The position numbers and the translations under genes are program-made. The notes under the pieces are model-generated. The model ran no database searches and was not told where the DNA came from. It worked only from the letters and a program-made list of their open reading frames with translations. Shown here in pieces: positions 51,523 through 64,000 of a stretch of 64,000 nt of DNA (position 1 is its first letter; each line of letters opens with the position of its first letter). Where the stretch lies: the NCBI RefSeq assembly GCF_009914755.1, contig NC_060937.1. One strand, written 5' to 3'. This DNA is from the human T2T-CHM13v2.0 reference genome, Homo sapiens.

Positions 51523-52819
51523 ATTTCTCCACTGACACTAAGGGTCGCTTACAATGGGAGTCAACAGAAGTTGCAAACCCAGATTTATATGGAAACTCTC
51601 ACAGTATTGAAATGTCAGTCCAGGGTGTTCCTTAAACAGTGTGTGGAATATATGTGTGTGGATAACAGTTTGCATTATACTGTATATCTCTTCTCAATCA
51701 AATCACAGACTTCCTGTGAGCAGAGGCTATTTTTGTTCAGGTTTGTTTGACGCAGCCAATGCAATGCCTTATGCAAAGTGACCATTTGTGTTTGTAAACT
51801 TGAGTTTGGCAAAGACCAAAAGAAACATCCAAAAAAAAAAAAAAGAAAAGAAAGAAAAGAAAAGCATTATGCAACTTTTCCTTCAAAGCCCTGAAGGTCT
51901 CACATGGTCTCACCATAAATATTTTACAAAATGAAGTGAGCTATAAATTCTGTCCATCAGTGGTCCTGATTTGGAACTAGGGATGGGGACTAGGAATAAT
52001 TATGGCAAAGGGCATTATGATTGACAAATGATTTGTTGCAAACCAACAGTGAAATAAGCCCTAAGAAATCATTGCATTTAGCTAATCAACTGGGTTTTAT
52101 CAATTGGCTTTTGTTATTCAGTTTTGTGACAGCTGGTTCTTTCAAGAGGTTATTTTTGATATTGTGTGGCTTTGCTTTACACGATATCACATTTCCAACA
52201 AGTCTGTGTTATTATTTTGTATTTAATGGTTCTAAAATGAGAAAACACTTAACCACTCCAGAGGTAAAAAATAAACTTGCATTCTTCAAGTCTGTTTGTA
52301 TAGCATTCTTGCAACTCATTGTGCTTTTATGAAATGGTGTTTGGGTGTTCCCTTGATTTTCCTTGTTGTTTATGTTATTAATGAGACACTTATAAATTCT
52401 TGTACAAGGGAGCTAAGAAGTATAAATGTTATGTGGGTGGTATGCAATCAGGATATATATGAATGACCACTTTTAAGAGTGGGAATGATCAGACTGATTT
52501 CTCCATGTTATTATGTTAATTAATTCACATCATAAAGTTTTAGTCCATTTCCTTTTATTAAGAAAACTTAAGACACTTGGCATACAGATTTAGATTTAAA
52601 TATAGGACAGGGTCAATGGTCACATCATAGCCAGACGATAGGAGCAAAGCAGAAATCCTTCCTCAAAACTAGTAGCAAACTAGTTAAAGAAGAGGAAGTT
52701 GCATGAAACATAGAAGGTAAAGTGAATATCAAGGTTATGTAGCTGTTGTGAATAAAGCTGTTTTAATTTTCTGAGTTAGGGCTCCTTTAGTTTCAGATGA
52801 CATATTCACAAAGTAAAGC

Positions 52820-53225
52820 AAATTTCATGACATGTAGCTGGCAGTCCAGGAGCTCCGTGGGACCCAGAAGTTGAACCAGTCTTGTTCTCCAGAAGGCTGC
52901 CCTCAAGTGGTGGCCAAGATGGAGACAAGAAGTTCCTGCTCTCTTCATTCTTCTGGCTGACAAGCCCAAGGAAATCAAAATCACATTCCTCTTGATGGTT
53001 CCAGCAATGACTTCGGAGCATTTTGATTGGCCCTGCTTGGGTCAGTGCTAATCCACTGGCTACTTACTGTACCCCAGGCAAACTTTTGTGAGCTTTTCCC
53101 AGTTTTTCCCCACTCTGGTGCAAGAGAGAGAAAAGAGTCAGAACTTTCTAAGCCATGGGAAAACAGTTCTACACAAAGGCTTGTTTGTTACCAGAAGGGG
53201 TATGGAGTCTTCATAAGACACAACC
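52820..53225 (-). mobile_element. MLT1J-type MaLR LTR fragment
   Basis: gtggtggccaagatggag...tgattggccctgcttgggtcagtgct...gttaccagaagggg; decayed. Confidence 0.55.
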
Positions 53226-55734
53226 TGTGGTCTACCTGAGTGTAGCCACCACCAACCACTACATCGTTATTACCTCTGGGGAGGCTGCTGGAGCTCACAG
53301 CCTTTGACACAGACTCCTGAAGAATAGGGACAATCAAGAGAAGGCAGATACGTTATGTTCAAGCCCATTGCTTCAGCAACTTGATCCTGGTCTCCACTGC
53401 TCCCATCCTCAATTTATATTGGCTGTGTCTGTTTCTTTTTACCAATCTTGCCATTCTGATGCCAGTCCACAATCTGATTGCAATTTACCCCTGTTCCAGG
53501 GTCTCAGCAAAAATGGCCCAAGACCCTTGTGTATATATATAGAGAGAGACTACTTCCTGCTTTGTTTATTGTTTTCAATTTTCTGATCTGTAAATAGTCA
53601 TTTAAGTATTTTAGAGACAGGTGCAATATTTTATGTTAGCTTGAGTTCCCTGTAGGATCCTCTGTATTCTACTGAATGGTTCAGTGTTCTTTCCTGTAAA
53701 AACAGACAAGATAGATTCTAACTGAAGAAATCAGAGAGATTTTAGATTAGTTCCCCTGGTAGATGAAGTCTAACTCAGCATTTAAGGTTCAGATTTTTCA
53801 TCTGACTTTTAAAACCCCAATGGATTATTCTATCCAAGACTCCTACGGGTTAGTGTTTGTATATAAAAGCCCTTCTGCTGAATGCTTTAAATCTGCCCTA
53901 CAGAGTTTAATATCTCCCTTGATTTGAAGAGAAAAACATTCTTAGAGTTGTATATTTCTGTATCCTAACTCTGGGGCCAGGGCTGGCACTCTGGCAGGAG
54001 GGTTTGAAACATGGGCTGAAAATAGCTGACTTCCACAGGCTTGCCAGGGATATCAGATGAGCTCAGAGGACTCTCAAGAATTCTCTTAACAGCGTTTCTG
54101 CTATTCCTGGGAGGACGAGATAACCAACAGTGGCTAGTTTTAAGTTTTATAGCTTTTCTGATTACTATTGGTATTAAGAAATACTGTTAATGCCTCCCAG
54201 GGTAGCATTTGAAAGGGACCTTCTCAGTGGGATGGCATCTTGGAACTTTGTCTTTGCTTCAGTGCATAAACAGTCTGGCTCAAGACCAGCATCATATTAT
54301 ATATGATGAGCAGAATGGTGAACGCTGCCCTTGGGTGAACATGCAGAGTGTCTGAACTAGAGCTAGATCATCTTTAGGATATTTTCTGGATATAAAATTC
54401 TATTATATATCTATTCTGTATTCTATTCTGTATATTTTCCCCCAAATTAGGCACAAAGGCAACTTTTTAGTATATTTATTTGTAAGATATGAAATGATTG
54501 AAGGAAGGCCTAAGTCACTTCTATAAATGGGCACATACTTTTAAACAATCTAGACACTTGAAAGTCCCTTGAGGGGCTATCAAATAGAGGGGCCACATGC
54601 CAGAATGTCTTCAGAAGGGAACTACACACGGGGGGAAAGTCCACTCAGTTATTTGCTTAAAATGCAGCCATATAGCCTTTGAATCAACTCTCTGAACCTA
54701 ACACATTCTGTTCATAAGATAGGCTAGACCTACTGTACATGTAATACAAATGAATGAGTTAAGAGCCTTTCGAGTTCTGTATACGAATTCTATAAGTGGT
54801 TTTGTTGGCATTAAAAAAAGGATAATTTTCTTGGAGCTCAAGCAGTTAACCCCTTTATAAGTAAAATCAATTGTCAAAAATAAAAAAAGAGAATCTGATG
54901 CTCTCTATACAGACAAGTGAATTAAAAATAACAAAACAAAATAAAACATGGTCTTCCCTACATCAGCAACTTTCACAAGCATTAAATTCACTTTAATGGT
55001 TTTAACTCTGGACATGTCCAGTGGCATGCTGACTGTGACAAAATCACGTGAAACCTACACGTTCTTTCATAATTGTTTCAACTCTATAAAAGAGAGATGA
55101 CAGTTTAAGGATGACTCCACTCTGCTGAGAAATGATAGAAGAGAGAAGGTTGACAACACATACTTCCCAGACTGCATTCACCAAAATTCCTTATAATAGA
55201 AGGAGATCACAAGAGTTGGAAAAAGTTTGACTCCAGCAGCTTTCAAAACTCTGTTTCATCTTATTCTCCCATAGTGTTCTCTATAGGAAACGGAATCTTT
55301 GGAACTGTATTTAACATAACTTCTCTAGAAAGTACAACAATTTCTTAATGGTTTCAAGTATCCTTGCAAGTTATAGATCTAGAATGGAGATCTGCACACC
55401 AGCCAAATCTGGCAATGCCTAAAAGATGTAATTATCACACAAAAGGTAACAATGGGCTCATGTCATCCTGAGTGCTGACTCCAGAAGCCACGTAGATGAG
55501 AGAACAGCAAAGTCTATCAGCTGAGTCCCCATGAGTTGGTACAATGTATCACTTATTTCAACGTTTCATTAACAAAATTAAGAAATTTATTAAAAAGCTA
55601 GAAAACCCTAAATCCTAGTTAAAAGTCTAGTTTTTCTACTGCCACATTTTATAATTTTACTCTAAAATTCCAAAATTGAATGTATTCTCAAGCACAGTTT
55701 TTCTACAAAGTTTTCTTCAAATGCAGAGGCATCT

Positions 55735-56160
55735 TGTGGTGGCTTGAAGTGTGGCCACCAAAAGGCCTATCTGCTCGGGACCTCAGAATGTGACCCTATT
55801 TGGAATGACAGTCTTTATAGGTGTAATTAAGGTAAGGATCTTAAGATGAGGTCATCCTGGATTAGAATGGGCCTTTATAAGAGACAGGAAGGAAGAGATG
55901 CTGAGACATAAGAAGAAGACAGTGTGAAGTAGAAACTGAAGTCATGCAGTCCCAAATGAAGGAACACTTGGAGCCACAAGAAACCAGGAGAGGCAAGGAA
56001 GGACACTTTCTTGGAGCCTTCAGGGGCACTGAGGTTCTGCTCATGCTTTGGTTTCTTTTGTACTTCTAGCCTCCAGAACTGAGAGAGATAATACATTTCT
56101 CTTGTTTGAAGCTAACCTGTTTGTAGTAATTTATTACCACAGCCCTAGGAAACTAATACA
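55735..56160 (+). mobile_element. MLT1C-type MaLR LTR
   Basis: ggacctcagaatgtgaccctatttggaat...cttctagcctccagaactg...cagccctaggaaactaataca; perfect TSD catct (55730-55734, 56161-56165). Confidence 0.92.
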
Positions 56161-56339
56161 CATCTTTAAGTAGTTGATGCATTTTTAGCAGAAAAACTAT
56201 ATAAAAATGAAATCACTTCTCTCAGGGTCTGGTATTTGCAGGAGTCAAAAATTATAACAAAAAAGATTCACTGAGTACAATTATCTAAGTGCATAATCTT
56301 GCAATTTCTTTTCAAATATTTTACCTAGAACTTAGGAAG

Positions 56340-57075
56340 ATGTTTTTAAAAGGCCATTCTGTAAGGGTCTCCTGAAATGAACGAGGCTGAGATTGTAGAT
56401 GCATGATGGGCAGTCAGTGATGAGAATATTCTAAGCAAAACTGAACATCTGAAGTGTGGACAAAAATCACTAAATTCTAAACTGTGTGAAAATGTCTTTC
56501 AAGGACAAGGGTAAAATAAAGACAAATAACGATGAAATCTACTGCCAATCTTTCCTAAAAGAAATCATAGAAGGTAAAATTCAGAGAGAAGTGAAATTAC
56601 TCTAGAGAGCAAATCTGAGATACAGAAAAGAATAGAAAGCAAAAATGTTAGAAAATGGGTGAGTAAATCTGGGAATTTATGGAATCACTAAAGCAATCAT
56701 AGTAATTTCTAATTTGTGATTAAAAAATAGGCAATATAGAACCAAGATACCGGACAAAATTAACAAGAATGTGAGAAAAGGTGAAAGGAGTTAATGTTGT
56801 CTGTTATTTCTACGGAGGTTAATTTTCATAATTTTAATTAAATAGGCATGTTATACCACCTATGGTAACTAGTTAAAAAATAACAAGGAGAGTATAACCT
56901 TCATACTAATAGGTGAAAAATGAAATGTGAAAACTAAACAAATAAACAACAAACCCTCAATTAATTTGAAAGAAGAAATGGGGTAAAAGGGGAAAAACAG
57001 AATAAATCACAAGAAAAAATGTGAAAATAAATCAATACATCAGTAATCGCAATAGATGAAAATTACTCCAAGTTT
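56340..57075 (+). mobile_element. Very old L1M ORF1/inter-ORF fragment
   Basis: gaaaatgtctttcaaggacaagggtaaaataaagac...aatctgagatacagaaaagaat; A-rich and decayed. Confidence 0.55.
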
Positions 57076-58762
57076 ACCTTTCTCATAAATGTGGATTAAA
57101 TGCACATTTTCAAAAATGGCCATAAATAGTGATACATTTTTTTGGGATGTGAATATCTGGGGACTTATTAAACTTCTCCAGAGAGGAGGTATCTTTCACT
57201 TGAGCGTGACATTAACTTGTGGAAGGCTTTGGACAACAGACTTGGATTGACTGATGTTCTGGGTACACTCATATTTTACATCCATTTTCTTCCTTTCTTT
57301 AAGTCTTTGTTTCCTTTTCTTCTATATGCTCTGTCTTCCTTCTTTTCCCCTGATAGCACTATTGTCTATTGCCAATAATAGGTTTCAAATTTAGGATACC
57401 TAACAGATTCTGAGAAAACATGTATACCCTAAGTGTTCTTATCAAAGGTAGTCAGGTTTTAATGCATAAGTATGAGAATCATTGAGTGTTCCAATAGTTC
57501 CCTTTGCATTTGGAAAGGAGAAAACCTGACAGACATAGGAATAGGAATTTTCTTCTGCACTCATGTTACTGCGAGGTTAACACAGCTTTGAGGCAGAATT
57601 TTCGTTCCAGTAGAACACTTCCCAGGTACATGGGGATGAAGAGTCACCATCTCTTCTACGCAGACATTTCAGAGTGTAAAGCAGAATAGAGAGCTCATTA
57701 CCTGAGGGTTCACATAAGGAAGAAAAGTTGCCTGATATAAAATAAGAAATAGTATTTATTCTGCAGTTCAGACTCTGGTCTTTGCTTAAAAACGAAAATG
57801 GAGAGGCTAAAGTTCTGGAGGAGAATGATCTCAGTTCACCATGGTGGGAAGTCATTAGAGACTTACATATAAAGATCTAAGAAATGTCTTTCAAAAATAT
57901 CAAATATAGTCGTTTCAGAAAATAGAAAAAGAAATAAAAGATTCTGGATCCTACTTTAACATTTTGAGCAATACAGGCATTAGAAGGATGCTTAAGGGCT
58001 GTGCAAGTCAATGATGAATGCCTGCTGCCTGAGAGTTGGGTAGCTCACCTTGCCTCTCCTGGTGGCCTGCTGAACGACAAGTTTTTAGAACTAATTATTT
58101 GTTTCCACTAGCAAATGATGTCTAGATACTAACATTATTGTATAAATTTTTACAATTAATATTGTAATAAATATAATGAGTCTGTTATAAACGTATTCCA
58201 TGTTTTCCATAAAACTCAAAAAAGCTGTCTTAACCTTTTTGAATGAAAATAGCCACCAAAGACATATTTTCTTGTTCACAAACTACCCTTTGCAAAAGTT
58301 ACTCATTAAATATCGAATTCATCTCTCTCATATAAAAATGCCTGCAGGTGCAAATATATTTAAACAACTTGAGTGAAGGAATTAAGATTTTAAGTTGCTT
58401 CTCTTAAAATACAGAGGCTATTATATGGGTCATACATTAAAATTTTTTCTCCACTGCTATTTTAACTTTCTCTGAGGAATCTCCTTGCTCTTTCTGCCAC
58501 TGCGGTAGAGCCCAAGACACATGGAAGCTTGGATGGCACTGTTGGGTGTGTGGCCTGCCCTCCATCCCCCTTCTGCTCATACAGGTAGAGGAAGCAGAAT
58601 GTTACCAAGTTGATGAGAGTAATGTAGGAAAAAAAGAAAAAAAATTTTAAAAGAGTTAGCAGTGTAATTGAGACAAACCCCCTTTTACACAATTTATGCT
58701 AGATAAAATCTAGCTCTTTTGAGAACAAGGTTCTGTTGGCATATGGATGGAGGAAGATAGCT

Positions 58763-58777
58763 GGATGGATAGATAGG

Positions 58778-58819
<42 letters not shown>
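58763..58819. repeat. Compound (TAGA)/(CAGA)n tetranucleotide STR
   Basis: ggatagataggtagat then 9 perfect agac units. Confidence 0.95.
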
Positions 58820-58820
<1 letters not shown>

Positions 58821-60269
58821 CAGGTAGGAGTTGTATGTTATTTTAAAGTGCTACCACCTGGAATAACCCTTAGTTTCTTTACACAGCCTGCTTTATAATA
58901 TATTAGTGTTCTTTAAAAATATCCGTGGAGTCAAGGTTATCTTAAAGGAAAGACTATTTTATAACGATTATATGTTCTATGTATTAGGGACTGCATTTAT
59001 TAAACCTAATACACCTTAACAGCAAATAATGTTAAAATTAAGTTTATTTAAATATAATTCTAAATCCCAGAGATAGTTAAAACTCTCCTTCTGTGATTCT
59101 TTTTAGAGAGGTGATACCAGATGAAGAAGAAAGTGATTAAAAATTCTTGTTCCTCAGAAATTAATTTATGACTGTTATCAAGAAAACTACACAGTTTTCT
59201 TTAAACGCTGCATTTTCCAAACCATGGGATAAGCATAAATGTTCTTTAAAAGAAAAAGGTAGGTTTTTTGGGCAATATCAATTGCAAAATGGCATAGATA
59301 TTTAATGTTCAAACAAAAAAATCAAGAGTAATTCACTAATTATTTTCCTATTTTATGAGATATTCGTAGAGAATTTAATAAATTATGTAAATGGAAACTC
59401 CTGATTTTCCTCCGTAGACATCTCTTCTCTTGCTTATATCATGAAAATTTGAATAAAGTATATTCATTCCCATGCCCGAAATATATATTCTGGTAGTTGC
59501 TATTTTAACAAAGATCCTTATTCTTGACTCAAGCATAAGTGTTTTATTGATTATTTTTGGAAAGCTATAAGTAAAAATGCGTCAGGTTAACTTAGTAAAC
59601 AAAAAGAAACTTAATAGTAGGTGATTGAGTCAAAAATCAAGAACCACAAAATTTCAAAATACATTGGTTGGCAGTGAGAATTTAGCTTTAAGCACCCTTC
59701 CATATCTGGAAATGTGTAATTGATAAAAGAGAATTATATGTTTAACTTTTGTTTCATTCTTATCATACACAAACAAAAATGACACAACCACTTTGAAGTG
59801 TTAACCAAAACTGAGTCACACTAGATATTAGCAACCAGCAATAAACTATCCTTTGAGTGGTTATTATCAAAAGGCTAGACTGAGTCACACCATTTTTACA
59901 ATCAAATTTAACTCAAGTCCAATTGTTTGTCACAATTATAAAACGGTGGAATTTATTTTTCAAGTTTTAATTTTCTAATTTTCATCAATTCTAATCCTTG
60001 TTTTTACATTTTAGCATCTGTGATAGATGCATAGTAGCATTTAATATCACTGATAATCAGGTGCTTTCTGTCATGGACATGCAAGCTCTCCATATCACAG
60101 TTTAATTGGCAGTGCCTTTTCTTTCTTGGTGGTATATAACATAATAGAGTAATTTTTAAATAATATCATTTTAGTTTTCATTAAATATTATGTTATTAAG
60201 ACTTTCCTTACCTCCACTCATTCACACTGTTTAGAAGGAAACAAAAAAGTATGATTAATAAAGCATTTC

Positions 60270-60440
60270 AGGAGCAGAAGCCACAGGTTCAATTCTTGCA
60301 TTAGCACTTGATTAGAATTTTTATAAGTAAAACTTGCTTATACATTTTTATCATAATATAGATGAAGTTGAATGAAAATTAAATGAGACATATGAAAGTA
60401 TTTTGACTATAGTAGGCTTTCAATATATAATAGTTCCCTT
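60270..60440 (+). mobile_element. MIR fragment
   Basis: ggagcagaagccacaggttcaattcttgc...gaaaattaaatgagacatatgaaagtatttt. Confidence 0.55.
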
Positions 60441-60483
60441 TTCCTCATGATTTAAGAAAAATATATACTTGGATAATTTTAAT

Positions 60484-60833
60484 AGCAATAAAGTAGTATA
60501 GTAAAATAAGAGTAATGATAATTATTATAGGGGTTGATAATTTCCCACTGTTTTGGATTTCAAGAGAAAAATCTTTCCCCCAATCCTTCCAGGACTCTTG
60601 TCAAGGAGGCTGAGTGAGGTATCTGATTTGCGGATGACAGTCACTGTTTATTGTTCAAGCAATAAAGTAGTATAGTAAAATCAGAGTAATGATAATTATT
60701 ATAGGGGTTGATAATTTCCCACTGTTTTGGTTTTCAAGAGAAAAATCTTTCCCCTAATCCTTCCAGGCCTCTTGTCAAGGAAGTTGAGTGAGGTATCTGA
60801 TTTGTGGATGACAGTCACTATTCATTGTTCAAG
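60484..60833. repeat. Tandem duplication, 2 x 174 bp, ~94% identical
   Basis: caataaagtagtatagtaaaat at 60486 and 60660; 10 substitutions counted, no indels. Confidence 0.97.
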
Positions 60834-61989
60834 TAGTAATAACTTCCTAACAGACATTTCAGCCCCACTTTCTCCTTGGGCCCTCCTAAAGATTATTGGG
60901 GAAAAAGCATCCGGTGAGAGAACAGGTGTCATGGTGCTGAAATAGCTCTGCCAAAATAGATGCCTCCAGCCACTATAGTTTACCTCGGTGAGTTAGTACG
61001 GCCCATCTCCGCAGTACCACTGAACTAAACAAGGCTTAGGAGAACATTTTCTCCTAGCTCTGCTCATTTTAGGTTTGATTTCCATTGGCATAAGGAAGAG
61101 GCATAGCATGTGAACTTCAGGTGAGTCCTTCATCTTCAGGAAACGTGCTTTTTCTTAGGCTTTCTGAACTCTTCTTTGTTCTGCTTTCAATCTCTTCCTG
61201 TGGCTTCTGCCCAATCTTAGCTGCTTTTAGCAGCTCTTAAAAATGTTTTGAGATCTGTGGTCTTGACAGGAGTAGAGGTCTGTTTTTCTCATTCTCCTTT
61301 TTGCTTTTGTGTTGTTTTCAGCAGAAAAGGCAGTATCTAACCTCTGCAGCCATATTTCACCCGGAGTCACTTATTCATACATAAAAATGTCAAGTGCCAT
61401 GTTCACAGTGAATCTGCCATGGCCATCCTCTGAGAGATTTTCTAATTATTACAATCTGCTCTCAGTCCTCAAAAAATTTAGATTAAGTGAGGATGTATAT
61501 AAAACAATAACAAAGAAATTATGTGCAGAATTCTGTTGTTTGGACCACACGTGAAAAAGATTTCAGAAAGGAAGAAGTCAGTGTGGCCTAGAGAAGCCAG
61601 GAAGTACCCTGGGGAGGACGCTGGCATTGAGAGTTTCTTGAATTAAAAAAAGTAAAAGGTACAGAAAAGAAGGTTTAACAGGAGGATGACACTACTTTAA
61701 AACTGCACATTACAATGAAACCTGGAAAAAGAGTTTTCTTTACTGTAATTATAGAAAAAATTATTTACATTGATACCCTGCTTTAGAAGTTTCCGATCAC
61801 TTTCCCATATAATATTTGAGCAATCCTATTAGATTCCCTCTGGATTTATGTACAAAAATTGGAGACACACTTTGGGAGCAACATGTTAGTAAATATGGCC
61901 AAAAACTAATTTGTATTTAAAAGCAAACGCAGTGTGCTAACACAGTGTTTTGATTACGTGCTTAGGAAATTGACTGAAGATAATGGTGA

Positions 61990-62310
<321 letters not shown>

Positions 62311-62803
62311 TAATCGGATTCATGCTGCAACTTCTTCTCATAGCTAATATTTACTTTTGTGATTAAACATAGTTTTCTTCTATATAAAAGCCTATAGGTG
62401 TTATCAATCCAAATCAAATTACAGAGTGACTGATGTTGAAACAATTTTCTGTCTCTTATGCAAAATCAGTTGCTCAAACTAAGACACAGTCCCTTTCCAA
62501 TGAAGGAAAAGTCAGGCTGTGCATAAAAAGTGAGACCTTGTTAAGTTGACTCTCACTGTTGACTTAAGCCCAGTGGCTTCCTGCTCCATCTCTTCACTTC
62601 TTAACCGAACCTTGCTCCAAGCTTGGTTTCCCTTCGAGAGTCTTTGTAAAACATGTCCCTGACTCCACTTTGTGGAATCTAGCCACCTCTACCAATGGGC
62701 AACTCTTCCAGCTCTTAGGCTCTGGCTCTGTTACTTGGCTGTGAGTCTTGGCTCTCCTTTCAGCCAAGCTTTTCATCCACAAATCGTTTCTTGGTGGCAA
62801 TGT

Positions 62804-62870
62804 TCTGGATGTAACAGAAATGCACAAAAGTCAGGATGTGTCTGGATGTAACAGAAATGCACAAAAGTCA
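62804..62870. repeat. Perfect 30-bp direct duplication with 7-bp spacer
   Basis: tctggatgtaacagaaatgcacaaaagtca at 62804-62833 and 62841-62870. Confidence 0.97.
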
Positions 62871-63874
62871 TGCCTTGCTGGAAGCTTCTCTGCAGAGTGA
62901 CCTTATTCTATTACCCTTATGATAGTACCACGTTTTTAGTCCCTTAATCATGAAGAATTTGAAATCCTCTGATCCAGAGTTTTCACTGGTCATAGAGACT
63001 TGGATATTTAGAGAGAAAAATTGGAGAACAGTTTTTTTTTTTTTTTTGCTTTCTTAGTTTCTATTGTCTACTGTTTTATATACATTTATGCCCTTTTATA
63101 TTTTCAATAAGCAACCCTGAGATCCTTCACGGTGGTAACTACTATTAGATAGTCACCAATTTAGGAGCCTCAAAATAGTTTGTTCCTGAGTAATTTCAGT
63201 ATAGACCAGCGCTATCTCATTCTCTTCTATTGCCATTATACACACCAAGGTTACCTACAAAAAAGTGTTTAAAGATATAAAGATTATCACATTTTTAATG
63301 TCCGACTGTGCTTTTTAAATGAAAATATTCCAGCTCATGACATGATTGGCTTTCTTAGTGCCAAAGATCTTCACCTAACAGAGGAAGTTTAATACATCAC
63401 TATTTTCCTGCAGATAGAAAAGTGCAGGGATCACTGATACAAATGAATATATTCTTTACTCACAAAATTCATAGAAATTCAATTATGACACAGGAAAACA
63501 TAAACCCAAGTCAATTCTTTTAAATCAATTACAATTGTACAAAATGAATTTATCATAAAATCAGAGTTTAAACGTATTGTTTTATTTTAATTCTAGAGAA
63601 AACTTCACCAGTGAGTCTTATTTCTACTGGCTTATGTCAGACTGTGTGTTTTAGTCTCACAAACAGCATTAATACAAAAGTGATGGGTTCAATCTGATTT
63701 ACTTCCTTACAATAAGCAAATCATTTGAAATTTGAGCATATAATAAATTTCTCATTACTCTCATTGTGATGTTTGTTTCTTTTTCATAGTTTATTTCATG
63801 ACATGCTTAAACTTTAACCTTTATAAAGATTTAAAAGTGTGATAAAGGTCAAGTGTAAAGTGGGTTATTTTGGC

Positions 63875-64000
63875 TGTTGGGGCTCAAAAAATAAACCCCG
63901 AAAATATGGTGCTTTGATGTGCTGAACTAAAGTAGCAGCTTCAAGGTCTCTCTGACATCCTCCCAATTTTCTCTCTCAATCCTCTTCCTCTCCCAAGCCA
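63875..64000 (+). mobile_element. MER39-type LTR 5' end (runs off window)
   Basis: TGTTGGGGCTCAAAAAATAAACCCCGAAAATATGGTGCTTTGATGTGCTGAAC...caaggtctctctgac. Confidence 0.8.

Overview
AT-rich primate (human or great-ape-like) nuclear DNA: four Alus plus one Alu nested in an LTR, L1PA/L1MA/L1M, L2, MIR, MER3/MER47 DNA transposons, and about 20 solo LTRs (ERV1 MER4/MER61/LTR8/LTR10/MER39, ERVK MER11/LTR22, ERVL MLT2/LTR33/LTR40-like, MaLR MST/THE1/MLT1), many with readable target-site duplications (TSDs) and several nested. I find no supportable protein-coding gene, tRNA/rRNA gene, CpG island or CRISPR array; the ORF track is explained by repeat-derived or chance ORFs, so the window looks intergenic or deep intronic. 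I cannot support a novel biological system. The most interesting signals are regulatory and structural: an AP-1 (LTR10F) plus p53-type (MER61) LTR pair, a DUX4-motif cluster in nested MLT2/THE1 LTRs, a non-repeat triple AP-1/RUNX/FOX cluster, a 174-bp tandem duplication followed by a chain of consensus splice sites (candidate lncRNA), a 12-bp perfect hairpin heading a run of stem-loops, and several readable mutational scars. Family names come from recalled consensus sequences, not from a database search; coordinates were counted by hand.
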